From the NCBI GenBank assembly GCA_949287905.1, contig CASEHX010000009.1, positions 23,365 to 87,364 of the forward strand: a DNA stretch of 64,000 bases, given 5' to 3'. Positions 51,979 through 62,900 of the stretch are shown piece after piece (within the stretch, counting starts at the first letter, position 1; every line of letters begins with the position of its first letter). A program made the position numbers and the translations under genes. This stretch comes from an uncultured Olsenella sp. (lineage in GTDB: Bacteria; Actinomycetota; Coriobacteriia; Coriobacteriales; Atopobiaceae). The notes beneath the pieces were generated by a model, which saw only the letters and a program-made list of their open reading frames with translations, was not told the origin of the DNA and made no database searches.

Positions 51979-53163
51979 ATGTCCATCGTTCTTCTCGTCG
52001 TCATCTACGTGGCCTTCGTGGGCCTGGGGATCCCGGACTCGCTCTTTGGCGCGGCGTGGCCCGCCATGCACGTTGACCTTGGCATCCCCGTCTCGTGGGG
52101 CAGCATGGTCACGATGGTCACCTGCTGCGGGACCATCGTCTCCAGTCTCTCCTCTGTCGCCCTCATCAACCGCTTTGGCACCGGGCGCGTGACCGCGGTC
52201 TCCACGGCGCTCACCGCCGCGGCGCTGCTCGGCTTTGCCGTGGCGCCGGGCTGGGTGTGGCTCTGCCTGCTGGCGATTCCCCTCGGCCTCGGCGCCGGCG
52301 CCATCGACACGGCGCTCAACAACTACGTGGCCCTGCACTACAAGGCCACGCACATGAACTTCCTGCACTGCGCCTACGGCGTGGGCATCACGGTGAGCCC
52401 CTTCCTCATGTCGCTCGCGCTCTCGGCCGGCACGTGGCGCGACGGCTACCTCGAGGCGGCGGTCGTCCAGGCGGCGATCATGGCCGCCACGATCGCGATC
52501 CTGCCGCTCTGGTCACGCGTGGGCAACGAGGACTCGGCGGGCGAGAAGGACGACGACTCCGCGCCCCGCGACGCCAGCCCCCTCGCCCTCGTGCGGCGCC
52601 GTGACATCCGCCTGGCCTGCCTCGTCTTCATGGCGTCCGTGGCCATCGAGGGCATCTGCAACACCTGGTGCGCGAGCTACCTCGTGAGCGCGCGCGGCAT
52701 GGCGGCCGGTGCCGCCGCAGGCATGGTGACGGTCTACTACGTGGGCGTGACGGCGGGCCGCTTCCTCTCCGGCGTGCTGGCAAACAGACTCACGAGCAAG
52801 CAGCTCGTTGGTCTGGGGCAGGCGGTCACCTTCGTGGCCGTGCTCGTGCTTCTCGCCCCGCTGCCGCTTGCCGCGGCTCCGGTGGGCCTCTTCCTCGTGG
52901 GCTTTGGCAACAGCCCGCTCTATCCCAACATGCTGCACCTCACGCCGCGTCTCTTTGGCCGCGACCTCTCGCAGGCTGTGATCGGCGTCCAGATGGCGGC
53001 TTCCTACGTGGGCTCGCTCACCCTGCCGCCGCTCTTTGGCCTGGTCGCGGAGCAGGTGGGCTTCTGGCTCTTCCCGGTGGCGCTGCTCGCACTCTCCGCG
53101 GTGGTGCTCGCCGCGTTTCTCGGCCTCATGGCGCTCAAGGGCTGGCGCCCGCGCAGGCGCTAG
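51979..53163 (+). CDS. MFS transporter
   Basis: 394 aa, 12 TM helices. MSIVLLVVIYVAFVGLGIPDSLFGAAWPAM. Confidence 0.85.
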   Translation: MSIVLLVVIYVAFVGLGIPDSLFGAAWPAMHVDLGIPVSWGSMVTMVTCCGTIVSSLSSVALINRFGTGRVTAVSTALTAAALLGFAVAPGWVWLCLLAIPLGLGAGAIDTALNNYVALHYKATHMNFLHCAYGVGITVSPFLMSLALSAGTWRDGYLEAAVVQAAIMAATIAILPLWSRVGNEDSAGEKDDDSAPRDASPLALVRRRDIRLACLVFMASVAIEGICNTWCASYLVSARGMAAGAAAGMVTVYYVGVTAGRFLSGVLANRLTSKQLVGLGQAVTFVAVLVLLAPLPLAAAPVGLFLVGFGNSPLYPNMLHLTPRLFGRDLSQAVIGVQMAASYVGSLTLPPLFGLVAEQVGFWLFPVALLALSAVVLAAFLGLMALKGWRPRRR

Positions 53164-53213
53164 AATGAGCAGAGGAGCCGTTCCCTCGAGGTGCGGCGAG
53201 AAGGGCGGAGCGC

Positions 53214-53654
53214 ATGCGCATCTACAAGGGCAATCCTGAGCTGGTCTTTCGCGGGAGGGTCGCGCCGTGGTACGGGGCGCTTTCCGGCATCGTTGCCGCT
53301 GCCGCCGCGGTGCTGGCGCTCCAGCCGGACATGCCCGCGGGCGTGCCGGCGGCGGTGCTGGTCGCGGGCGCCGTCTTCCTCTGGCCCGTCGTGGTCCGCA
53401 ACCGCGTGGAGCTCTACAAGGACCGCCTGGAGATCGTCTTTGGCTGGAGCCGCACGATCATCCCGTACGAGCACGTGCGTGACGTGCGCCGCGTGCACGG
53501 CGTCTCTGCCTCGGAGTTCACGTCGCACAATGCCGCGACGACGGCGGACGGCGTCTTCGTGGACGCCCCGCATGACGGCGACGCCCTGGTGAGCGTCCTC
53601 AACAACGACAGCCTGGTGACGGAGCTCCGCCGCCGCGCGGGTCTGGACGCGTAA
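53214..53654 (+). CDS. hypothetical membrane protein (bacterial PH-like C-terminal domain?)
   Basis: 146 aa, two TM segments, then RVELYKDRLEIVFGWSRTIIPYEHVRDV. The family assignment is tentative. Confidence 0.55.
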   Translation: MRIYKGNPELVFRGRVAPWYGALSGIVAAAAAVLALQPDMPAGVPAAVLVAGAVFLWPVVVRNRVELYKDRLEIVFGWSRTIIPYEHVRDVRRVHGVSASEFTSHNAATTADGVFVDAPHDGDALVSVLNNDSLVTELRRRAGLDA

Positions 53655-53680
53655 AACCAGTAGGGGCTGCCGCTTGAAAG

Positions 53681-53696
53681 TAGAACGCCTGTTCTA
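53681..53696. promoter_or_regulatory. candidate LexA (Cheo/SOS) box overlapping the higBA promoter
   Basis: TAGAAC-GCCT-GTTCTA has perfect 6-bp arms and fits GAAC-N4-GTTC. It is immediately followed by TATATACT (-10-like). The site is about 95 nt upstream of higB in an AT-richer spacer. Confidence 0.5.
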
Positions 53697-53732
53697 TATA
53701 CTCATGAAACAGGGGTGATGAGGACAGTGCTC

Positions 53733-53760
53733 TACTCGACATTACTTCTGTAATAGAGTA
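53733..53760. promoter_or_regulatory. 28-bp imperfect palindrome, candidate HigA operator
   Basis: TACTCgacATTACttctGTAATaGAGTA, 30 nt upstream of the higB ATG. Confidence 0.4.
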
Positions 53761-53789
53761 GTATTCTGAGATACGGAAGTAGTGGTCAG

Positions 53790-54071
53790 ATGGAGTTCAA
53801 AGATCGTGACCTGGCTGCGTTCTGGGAAGACTTCACGTGCCCACCGCGGAGGGTGCCCCCGGGGGTTCGCAAGATGCTCTACCGCAGGCTCCAGATGCTT
53901 GATGCGGCGCACACCCTGCTCGACCTGCGAACTCCGCCGGGGAACCGTCTCGAGAAACTCTCGGGGTCACGCGCGGGGCGCTACAGCATCCGCGTGAACG
54001 ACCAGTGGCGTCTCTGCTTCCGGTGGTCGGATGGCGAGGCAAGAGAGGTCGAGTTCTGTGACTACCACTAA
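53790..54071 (+). CDS. higB: HigB-type toxin (RelE/ParE superfamily, plasmid maintenance system killer)
   Basis: 93 aa. FKDRDLAAFWED...LDAAHTLLDLRTPPGNRLEKLSGSRAGRYSIRVNDQWRLCFRWSDGEAREVEFCDYH. Confidence 0.85.
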   Translation: MEFKDRDLAAFWEDFTCPPRRVPPGVRKMLYRRLQMLDAAHTLLDLRTPPGNRLEKLSGSRAGRYSIRVNDQWRLCFRWSDGEAREVEFCDYH

Positions 54072-54351
54072 TCCCTATATCTCCGCCCCCGGAGAGATTC
54101 TGCTGGAGGAGTTCCTGCAGCCCCTCGGCATCTCGCAGTACCGGCTGGCCAAGGCCATCGGCAGGCCTCAGTCCGCCGTGTCCGACATCGTGAACGGCCG
54201 TCGTGCCATCACGCCCGAGATGGCCTGGCTGCTGTCCCGTGCGCTGGGGACGACGCCCGAGTTCTGGCTCAACCTGGAGGCGGCCTACAGGCTCAAGACG
54301 ATCGACGAGGCCTCGATGCCCGAGGTAACCCCGCTGGTCAACATCGCTTAG
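54058..54351 (+). CDS. higA: HigA-family antitoxin (XRE HTH)
   Basis: GTG 54058 overlaps the higB 3' end. PGEILLEEFLQPLGISQYRLAKAIGRPQSAVSDIVNGRRAITPEMAWLLSRALGTTPEFWLNLEAAY. Confidence 0.85.
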   Translation: MTTTNPYISAPGEILLEEFLQPLGISQYRLAKAIGRPQSAVSDIVNGRRAITPEMAWLLSRALGTTPEFWLNLEAAYRLKTIDEASMPEVTPLVNIA

Positions 54352-54359
54352 GAGGACGC

Positions 54360-55283
54360 ATGGCAATCGAGCGCGTGGCAATCATCGGCAGGGGAGCGGT
54401 TGGCCTGCTCTACGGGACCATTGCCGAGAAGAACCTCGGGCCCGGGGCGGTCCAGTACGTGATGGACGACGCGCGCTTCGCCCGTCACGCCGGCGAGACA
54501 GTTACCGTGAACGGCGAGCCCTGTCGCGTGCCCACGGTCCCCGCGAGCGAGGCCACACCCGTCGACCTGGTGATTCTGGCGATCAAGGCACCGGGCCTGC
54601 CGGTGGCGCTGGACACGATGGAGCGCCTCGTGGGTCCGCACACGGCCATCGCCTCGCTCATCAACGGCGTCACGAGCGAGGAGCGCATCGCCGAGCGGTT
54701 TGGCTGGGGGCGCACCGTGCTCTCCGTGGCGCAGGGCATGGACGCCGTCTTCATCGGAACCGACATGACCTACAGCCATCCTGGTGAGATTCGCTTTGGC
54801 GCGGCGCCGGGAACGGCCGCGGGCGTGGTCGAGGACGTCGCCGACCTCTACGCGCGCGCCGGCATCCCGCATGTGGTCGAGGCCGACATCCGCCACCGCA
54901 TGTGGACCAAGCTCATGCTCAACGTGGGCATCAACCAGGTCTGCATGGTCTACGGCGGCACCTACGGATCCGCGAGCGAGCCCGGCAGCGAGCAGAACCG
55001 CTGCTTCGTGGCCGCCATGCGCGAGGCGCTGGCCGTCGCGCGCGCCGAGGGCGTTGGCGTCACGGAAGGGGACCTCGCGCAGATGGCCCAGCTCGTGGCC
55101 TCGCTCGATCCTGCCGGCATGCCGTCCATGGCGCAGGACCGTATCAACGAGAAGCCCACCGAGGTCGAGGAGTTCTCCGGCACCATCTGTCGCCTCGCCG
55201 AGCGCCACGGTCTTCTCGTTCCCACAAACCAGTGGCTCTACCGGCGGATTTGCGAGCTTGAGGCGGGCTTTCGCACACGCTAG
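54360..55283 (+). CDS. panE: 2-dehydropantoate 2-reductase (ketopantoate reductase family)
   Basis: MAIERVAIIGRGAVGLLYG (Rossmann fold), ...MWTKLMLNVGINQ..., ...PSMAQDRINEKPTEVE. RBS AGGAGGA. Confidence 0.8.
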   Translation: MAIERVAIIGRGAVGLLYGTIAEKNLGPGAVQYVMDDARFARHAGETVTVNGEPCRVPTVPASEATPVDLVILAIKAPGLPVALDTMERLVGPHTAIASLINGVTSEERIAERFGWGRTVLSVAQGMDAVFIGTDMTYSHPGEIRFGAAPGTAAGVVEDVADLYARAGIPHVVEADIRHRMWTKLMLNVGINQVCMVYGGTYGSASEPGSEQNRCFVAAMREALAVARAEGVGVTEGDLAQMAQLVASLDPAGMPSMAQDRINEKPTEVEEFSGTICRLAERHGLLVPTNQWLYRRICELEAGFRTR

Positions 55284-55490
55284 GGGATACGGTTCGGGCG
55301 GCGATCCTGCCTGAATCGTCCCCGATTCTGTCTGAAACGTCACAAAGAGAAATTGTGTAATTCTCAGCTTTGTGGCCCGTTATATCGCAAAGTGTTAAAG
55401 GAACCGAAATAACGCTTGGCTACAGTGAGATGACTGAATGCCTCGCTACCTGCGAGGTTTCGTCTCTGCGCAACACTTAAGGAGGATGTT

Positions 55491-56300
55491 ATGTCCGCTT
55501 CTGTCTCTCGTCGCTCGTTCCTCGGTCTTGCCGGTGGCACTGCCGCTCTTCTCGGCCTCGCTGCCTGCGGCGGCAACAACAACGCCGACTCCGACGACGC
55601 CAACGCCGCTTCCGATGACGCCAGTGGCAAGAGCTACATCGTTGCCACCGACACCACCTTCGCGCCGTTCGAGTTCACCGATGAGAACGGTGACTTCGTG
55701 GGCATCGACGTGGACCTTCTCGCCGCCGTCGCCGCCGACCAGGGCTTCAAGTACGAGCTCAACTCGCTCGGCTTTGAGGCCGCCGTGGCCGCGCTCGAGT
55801 CCAACCAGGCCGACGCCGTGATCGCCGGCATGTCCATCACGGCCGAGCGCGAGGAGAAGTACGACTTCACCGACTCCTACTACCAGTCCTCGGTCTGCAT
55901 GGCCGTCAAGTCCGGCAGCGACATCAAGGGTCTCGAGGACCTGAAGGGCAAGACCGTCGCCGGCAAGAACGCCACCCAGAGCCTCTCCTGGGCGGAGTCC
56001 ATCAAGGACGAGTACGGCTTCGAGATCACGTACTTTGACTCCTCGGACATGATGTACCAGGACGTGCAGACCGGAAACTCCGTGGCCTGCTTCGAGGACA
56101 CGCCCGTCATGGAGTACGGCGTGGCCCAGGGCAACGGCCTTGAGATCGTTGCCAAGGAGGAGGACGAGTTCGCGAGCCCCTACGCCGTGGGCGTCATGAA
56201 GGGCAAGAACGCCGAGCTCGTGGAGATGTTCAACGCCGGTCTCGCCAACATCAAGGAGAGCGGCGAGTACGACGAGATTCTCGCCAAGTACCTCGGGTAG
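55491..56300 (+). CDS. polar amino-acid ABC transporter substrate-binding lipoprotein
   Basis: MSASVSRRSFLGLAGGTAALLGLAACGG (Tat-like RR plus lipobox). SBP_bac_3 type: YIVATDTTFAPFEF...DAVIAGMSITAEREEKYDFTDSYY. Confidence 0.9.
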   Translation: MSASVSRRSFLGLAGGTAALLGLAACGGNNNADSDDANAASDDASGKSYIVATDTTFAPFEFTDENGDFVGIDVDLLAAVAADQGFKYELNSLGFEAAVAALESNQADAVIAGMSITAEREEKYDFTDSYYQSSVCMAVKSGSDIKGLEDLKGKTVAGKNATQSLSWAESIKDEYGFEITYFDSSDMMYQDVQTGNSVACFEDTPVMEYGVAQGNGLEIVAKEEDEFASPYAVGVMKGKNAELVEMFNAGLANIKESGEYDEILAKYLG

Positions 56301-56381
56301 TGGGTCTCGATTCCGCGCTGTGAAAGCCGGAGCTGCGCAGCCCTTGCAGGCTGCGCAGCTCCCTGTGAGTAAAGGCACGAC

Positions 56382-57058
56382 ATGGATTTCTCTAATCTCG
56401 GCACCGTTCTCATGGAGGCGTGGCCGCTACTGTGGGAGGGCCTGCAGACGACGGTCTTCGTGACCGTGGTCTCGCTCGTGGTGGCGATGCTCCTGGGCAT
56501 CCTCACCTGCCTCATGAACCTCTCCAAGATCGCCCCGCTGCGCGGCATCGCCAAGTTCTACATCTGGATCATCCGCGGCACGCCGATGCTCGTGCAGGCG
56601 TTCTACCTCTACTTTGCCGTGCCCCAGCTGCTCCAGGCCACGATCGCCCCGGACTTCCGCCTGGACGTGATCACCGCGAGCATCATCACGCTGATCCTCA
56701 ACGCCGGCGCCTACATCGCGGAGATCTTCCGCGGCGCCATCCAGTCCGTGGACAAGGGCCAGATGGAGGCCTCGCGCTCGCTCGGCGTGGGACATGCCAC
56801 CACCATGCGCAAGATCATCCTGCCCCAGGCCGTGCGCATCTGCCTGCCCAGCCTCGTGAACCAGTGCATCATCACGCTCAAGGACTCCACGATCATGTAC
56901 GCCATCGGCCTGCCGGAGATCATGAACCGCTCCAAGGCCTACGTCGGCCGCACGATGGAGTCGTTTGCCACCTACACCTGGGTCGCCATCATCTTCCTCG
57001 TGATCACCAGCGTGCTGATGCTCGTCTCGTCCCAGCTTGAGAAAAGGATGCGCAAGTA

Positions 57059-57059
<1 letters not shown>
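56382..57059 (+). CDS. amino-acid ABC transporter permease (HisM/GlnP type)
   Basis: 225 aa. [16 protein letters not shown]...[27 protein letters not shown]. Confidence 0.9.
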
Positions 57060-57814
<755 letters not shown>

Positions 57815-57832
57815 GCGCGGGCTGCGCGTCTC

Positions 57833-58468
57833 ATGCTGGGAATCGTTGGCTACGGGGGCTTTGTCGCGTCTGCGGCGGCTCTCTGCCTCACGCCGGGCAT
57901 CGACACCGTCTACATCCTCACGCGCACCGTCTCCGGCGGACGGCGCGAGGGGCTGGCCAGTGCGTTTGGCATCAACGCGGGTCTGGTGGTGCACACAATC
58001 CTGGTGGCGGCCGGGCTGTCACTCGTGCTCGCCGCCTCGCCGGTGGCCTTCAACGTGATCAAGGTCGCGGGTGCGGCCTACCTTGCGGTGATGGGCGTGC
58101 GGAGCATCCTCTCCGGGGGCTCCTCCTTCTCGGTGGGTGAGGGGAGCGATGAGCCTGCCGGTACCTCCAACCTGCGCGTCTTTGCCCAGGGCGTGCTCAC
58201 CAACGTGCTCAATCCCAAGATCATCCTGTTCTTCCTTGCGCTGCTGCCGCAATTTGTGGCCACGCCCAACAACTTTGGTCCCGTGCCGTTCCTCGCGCTC
58301 GGCCTTACCTATGTGGCACTCTCCACGCTTTGGACCGTGGTAATCGTGCTCGTTGCGGCGCCCTTCTCGCGCCTGCTCACACGCAGCCCGCGTGCCGGGC
58401 GCGTGACCTCTGTGATCTCCGGCCTCGTCTACATCGCGCTCGGCGCAATGATCTTCTTCACGGCGTAG
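57833..58468 (+). CDS. LysE-family amino-acid translocator
   Basis: 211 aa. LTPGIDTVYILTRTVSGGRREG...NVLNPKIILFFLALLPQF. Confidence 0.85.
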   Translation: MLGIVGYGGFVASAAALCLTPGIDTVYILTRTVSGGRREGLASAFGINAGLVVHTILVAAGLSLVLAASPVAFNVIKVAGAAYLAVMGVRSILSGGSSFSVGEGSDEPAGTSNLRVFAQGVLTNVLNPKIILFFLALLPQFVATPNNFGPVPFLALGLTYVALSTLWTVVIVLVAAPFSRLLTRSPRAGRVTSVISGLVYIALGAMIFFTA

Positions 58469-58582
58469 GGGTCCTGCGCCGCGCCGCCACGCTCGTCGCA
58501 AGAGTATGTTGCGGCGGCGGTTGGCTTGCGACGACTGTGTGTGATTGTGCAATTCTGCCGCCGAGAGCACCCGCCAGGGCGC

Positions 58583-58793
58583 TAGAGGCAGTAAATCGGC
58601 CTCCCGCTGTCACTTTGGGGCTCGTTTGTGCGACTAAAAATGCGATTGCTCGACGAGAGTATAAAAGCCAAAACCGCTATCTGGGAAAACGTCTTCTCGG
58701 CTGACGCTCAGAAGCTCTCGATTTCGTTCCGTCCACACAAACGAGCCCCAAAGTGACAGCAGAAGGCCGATTTACTGCCTCAAGCCTTCCGAA
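58583..58793. mobile_element. MITE-like element / long hairpin, family M1 copy 2
   Basis: The left arm tagaggcagtaaatcggcctcccgctgtcactttggggctcgtttgtgcg pairs with the right arm ccacacaaacgagccccaaagtgacagcagaaggccgatttactgcctcaa. Arm differences from copy 1 are compensated on the partner arm. Confidence 0.6.
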
Positions 58794-58830
58794 GCGGCTC
58801 TCGCCGCTTGATTGCGTTGCCCAAGGTCGT

Positions 58831-59790
58831 CTAGCGCATCACCGACGTGGCGATGTAAGCGGCGTAGAGCACCACGAAGACCACGCCGTTCGCGCGGCTC
58901 ATCTCGTGACGGCGCCCGATGAAGGCAAAGCCCACGAGCACGGCGGAAAAGATCGCGAGCAGCGCAAGGTCCACGTTGTACGCCACATCGTAGGGGATGT
59001 TGGCAAAGAGTGCCGGACCTCCCATGACGAGCAGCAGGTTGGAGATGTTGGAGCCCACGACGTTGCCCACAGCGATGTCGGAGTTGCCGCGGAAGGCGGC
59101 CACCACGCTCGTGACCAGCTCGGGCAGGCACGTTCCGAGCGCCACCACGGTGATGCCGATGATGCGCTCGGAGATGCCCATGGCGCCGGCGATCTCGACG
59201 GAGTTGTCCACCACGAAGTCCGCGCCAAACTTGAGCATCGTGATTCCACCCACGATGAAGAGCAGGTCGCGGAAGGTGTTGGAGGAGACGATGCCGGTGT
59301 CGGGATCCTCCGGTGCGTTCTCCTTCTCCGTCGCGCCCTCGCGCAGACCCACTGCGACGGTCCGCGCCACGAAGGCGAGAAACGCCACGAGCAGGACGAT
59401 TCCCTCGATCAGGGTGACCTGCCCGTCCGTGTTGGCAACGAGCGCAAGCAGGCCACAGGCCGCAACGCTCACGGGGATCTCGAAGCGCTGCGTGCTGCGC
59501 GAGAGCGTGACCGGGGCAATCACCGCCGAGAGACCGAGGATGAGCAGCAGGTTTGCCAGACAGCTACCCACGACGTTGCCAAAGGCCATGTCCGCGTGGC
59601 CGCCCACGGCGGAGGTGACACTGACCACGAGCTCCGGCAGGGAGGTGCCGATGGCCACGATGGTGAGTCCTGCCACGCGTTCGGGCACGCCGAGCCGAGC
59701 GGCGATGCTGCAAGCGCCGTCCACAAGGAAGTTGGCGCCAAAGATGAGCAGGGCAAATCCGAGCACGATGAAAACAAGGCTGAGAAGCAC
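58831..59790 (-). CDS. calcium/cation antiporter (CaCA family, YrbG-like)
   Basis: GTG 59790 after GAAAGGA. Two alpha-repeats, GLTIVAIGTSLPELVVSV and GITVVALGTCLPELVTSV. Confidence 0.85.
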   Translation of the reverse strand: MLLSLVFIVLGFALLIFGANFLVDGACSIAARLGVPERVAGLTIVAIGTSLPELVVSVTSAVGGHADMAFGNVVGSCLANLLLILGLSAVIAPVTLSRSTQRFEIPVSVAACGLLALVANTDGQVTLIEGIVLLVAFLAFVARTVAVGLREGATEKENAPEDPDTGIVSSNTFRDLLFIVGGITMLKFGADFVVDNSVEIAGAMGISERIIGITVVALGTCLPELVTSVVAAFRGNSDIAVGNVVGSNISNLLLVMGGPALFANIPYDVAYNVDLALLAIFSAVLVGFAFIGRRHEMSRANGVVFVVLYAAYIATSVMR

Positions 59791-59972
59791 GACGGTCCTT
59801 TCCGGATCGGGGATACCACATCTGAGTATTCCATGGCTCGATTTGCCCCAATTCGAGTCGGTGACCGACTCCCAAACGAATCCACAGATGCGCCAACCAT
59901 ACAAACCTCCCCGTATTCAGACCTGAGCACCCTGAAACCGGTGGGTTTGTGTGGTTGGCAAAAACTAGGGGG

Positions 59973-62900
59973 CTACTTCTCCCGGCTGATGATGATCGCC
60001 CCGCCGAGTAGCGCCAGGCCAAATATCAGGCTGGCGAGAAGGGCGCTCAGCTCGCTGGCCGGATCGCCGGTGCTGGGGAGCATGTCCTCGTCTTCTCTGT
60101 CGGCCGTATCAGAAGGCGACTTTCCCTCGTCCGACGGCTGGTCGGAGGTGCCGCTGTGGTCCCGGTCGGGTGTTGGGTCTGGCTCTGGATTGGGCGCGGG
60201 CTCCGGATCAGGCTCCGGCTCCGGATCAGGCGTCGGTTCCGGGTTAGGTTCGGGCGTGGGCTCCGGATCCGGTGTCGGTTCCGGCTCCGGGTCGGGCGTG
60301 GGGTCCACCACGGGAGGCTCGTCCGCGTCATCGGGCAAGACGAGCGCGCCGTTGTTGCCCAGTCGTGCCGAGAGACGCACCGCACCCTCGCCCGTCTCGG
60401 AGAGTGCGAGCTGGTCCACGTACGGCGCGCTGCCCGTGGCGTTGGGGTCCTTCTCGCTCGATCCCAGGGCGACGGGTCGCACATAGCGCGGCGTGCCCGC
60501 GAGCGCCACGCACTGTCCGTCCCGCACGTCAAATCGAAGGGGGATCTCGCTCGCGTCAAGGGCCACCGTGTAGGGCTCCATGCTCTTCTCGACCTCGGCC
60601 GGCGCGTCGTTCTCCGCCGAGGAGACGTCCGCAGTGTAGACGGTCTGCTCAAAGTAGTAGGTCTGGCCGCTCTGGGGAAGCGTCGTGAGCGGGGCGTAGC
60701 CACTCGACGTGCGCGAGAAGAGCGGCGTGTCGCGCGAGAACGCGTAGTAGGAGTTGGTCTGCGCCGCCCAGGCAGACGCCACGGCTCCCGCGGCGGCGTC
60801 GGTGCCCGTGCCGGTGAAGGCGCTCGCAAAGACCGCCCGCGCTCCCGAGGGCACGTGCTGCACGTCCGCGCCGAGCGCCTCCCCAAGCTCCTCGTCGCTC
60901 ACCTCCTCGCCGGCATCGACGCGCTCGAGCACGGCCTCGGTGTCCGGCGTGGGCGAGACAAGATACGCAAAGCGCAGCGGCTTGACGTCCGTATCGCCGT
61001 CAAGCGCCAGCGTGGCCGAGCCATCCTCTGCCACGGTCACGCTCGTGCGGCGCGCGGGAACGGCGTCCACGGGCACCGAGAGCAAAAGCGTCTGTCGCCC
61101 GGTGGTAAGGCTCGTCTCCACCATGACCGCAAAGTCGTAGAGCGTGACGTCGCCGCCGGTGTACTGGTTGGGCAGGTTCCCGATGTAGTAGTACGTCTCG
61201 CAGACGGCGGTGGCGCCCGCGGCCTGCGCGGCCTCGATCTTCTTGCGCACGTCCTCGGGCGCCCGCTCCTGCCAGCGCCCGTCCGCGGCGGCGTCCACCT
61301 CGGCCTGCGTGGCAAAGGCGAAGGGCTCGCCGTCCATCGGGATCATCTCGTGCGCGTCGTTCACGTACCAGGAGGCGTGGTTGGAGAAGGCCCCGGGACC
61401 GGAGTAGGAGAACTGGCCGTCCTGCAAGGCGTCGTAGAAGAGGTCATAGACGGCATACCCGAGGTTATAGCGTGAGTTCATGGCCTCCACGAGGTAGCCG
61501 AACTCGTGCGTGGCCTCCACGTGGCCGGGGTCCTCGAGGCTGATCTTCACGGCCTGTGCGGCCAGCTCTCCGTCGAGCAGCGTGTCCCCGTAGACGATGC
61601 CGCTCACGCGCGCGACCTCCATGCCGGCGCCTATCTCGTCGGACACGGTGACGCGGCTGCCTCCGGGGCGGTCGTCGCCGGGGCCGCCCGACGCCGGCGC
61701 CGTGTAGACCACGCCGAGCGAGCGGTCCACCACGGTGCCAAAGGCCCACGAGAGCGCGGTCGCGCTTCGGGCGGAGAGGTAGTCGTCGACGGGCGTGACC
61801 TCGTAGCCGTCGGCGGCGCTGAGCAGGCCCGGCGCGCAGGGGAAGGTGACGTCCTCGGCCACGAGGCCGCTCGGGCCGGAGCCAAAGAGGTGCAGCGTGA
61901 CGTCCTTCTCGCCCGCCACGGAGGCCTCGGCGAACGTCCGCGCTGCCGTAGAGAGGTTGTCCCGCAGGTCCGTGCCGGCCGCCGCGCCGGTGCCGGGCAG
62001 AGGGTGGTGCGCCTGCTCGTGGGCGGTCTCCAGCAGATAGGCGGCTGTCTCGCTCGTGTCCAGGCCGCAGGTGAAGAACGTGAGCGGCCGCTCGGCGCCC
62101 CATGCGGCGCCCACGCGCGCGGCCTCGTTTCTCATCGTGAGCAGCGTGGCGAGAAGTGCGTCCGTACCGTAGCCGTTCTCTCGGCTTCCCGGCAGCGGGC
62201 CCAGAAAGCCCGTGCCGTCGCCGGTGTAGACGGGCGGGTTCGTGAAGTTGGTGCTCGCCATCGGCGGGGTCTCTCGGCCCATGAGGCAGAGCACGGGGAC
62301 GCGGCCCGCCGAGCCGGGGTCGTCTGCGGCACCCGCCAGCACGTCGCCCGCCACGTGCGTGGCAAGCTGCAGGTAGGACCCGCTGCCGAGGCGCGCTGAG
62401 GCCGTCCTGCCCGCGCCGTCGGTGGCCGTGGCGGTCACGGAGAGCGTGCCGCCGTCGTACGCGAAGTAGTTGCCGTTTCCGTCCGGCTCGTAGGTGCCGA
62501 GCGGCATGAGCGTCGTGACCTTGGAGTCGTAGCCGATCACGGCCACGCGCGTGGGGGCGGCGCCGTCACCGTTTTCCGCCATGAGGCGCGCGACCGCCTG
62601 GTTGAGGGCGTCGACGAGGTAATCCGCCTGAGGCCGGCCGCCGTAGGTGATGTCCTCGAGGAGCCGGTTGGTGCTCACCACGAAGACCACGTCGTGTGCC
62701 GGTCCGCCCTCCTGACGCACGGAGACGGCCGAGGCCAGCGTGGAGAGACCCACGATGAAGCTGTGGTCGTCCGCGTCTATCTTCACGGGCAGGCCGGCGG
62801 CGCGCGCGTCGTCGGCACTGGCATAGACGGACTTGTCGGCCCAGATGCGCCCGGCGTTCTCCGTGGAGACGGTGCCGGAGCCCGTGCCAAAGACCTCCTC

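Noticed and set aside
60150-60300. Periodic ggctccgg/ggttccgg repeats as a non-coding tandem repeat or mobile element
   Set aside because: They lie in frame within the LPXTG protein gene on the minus strand and encode its PEPxPDPEP stalk, so this is a coding low-complexity repeat.
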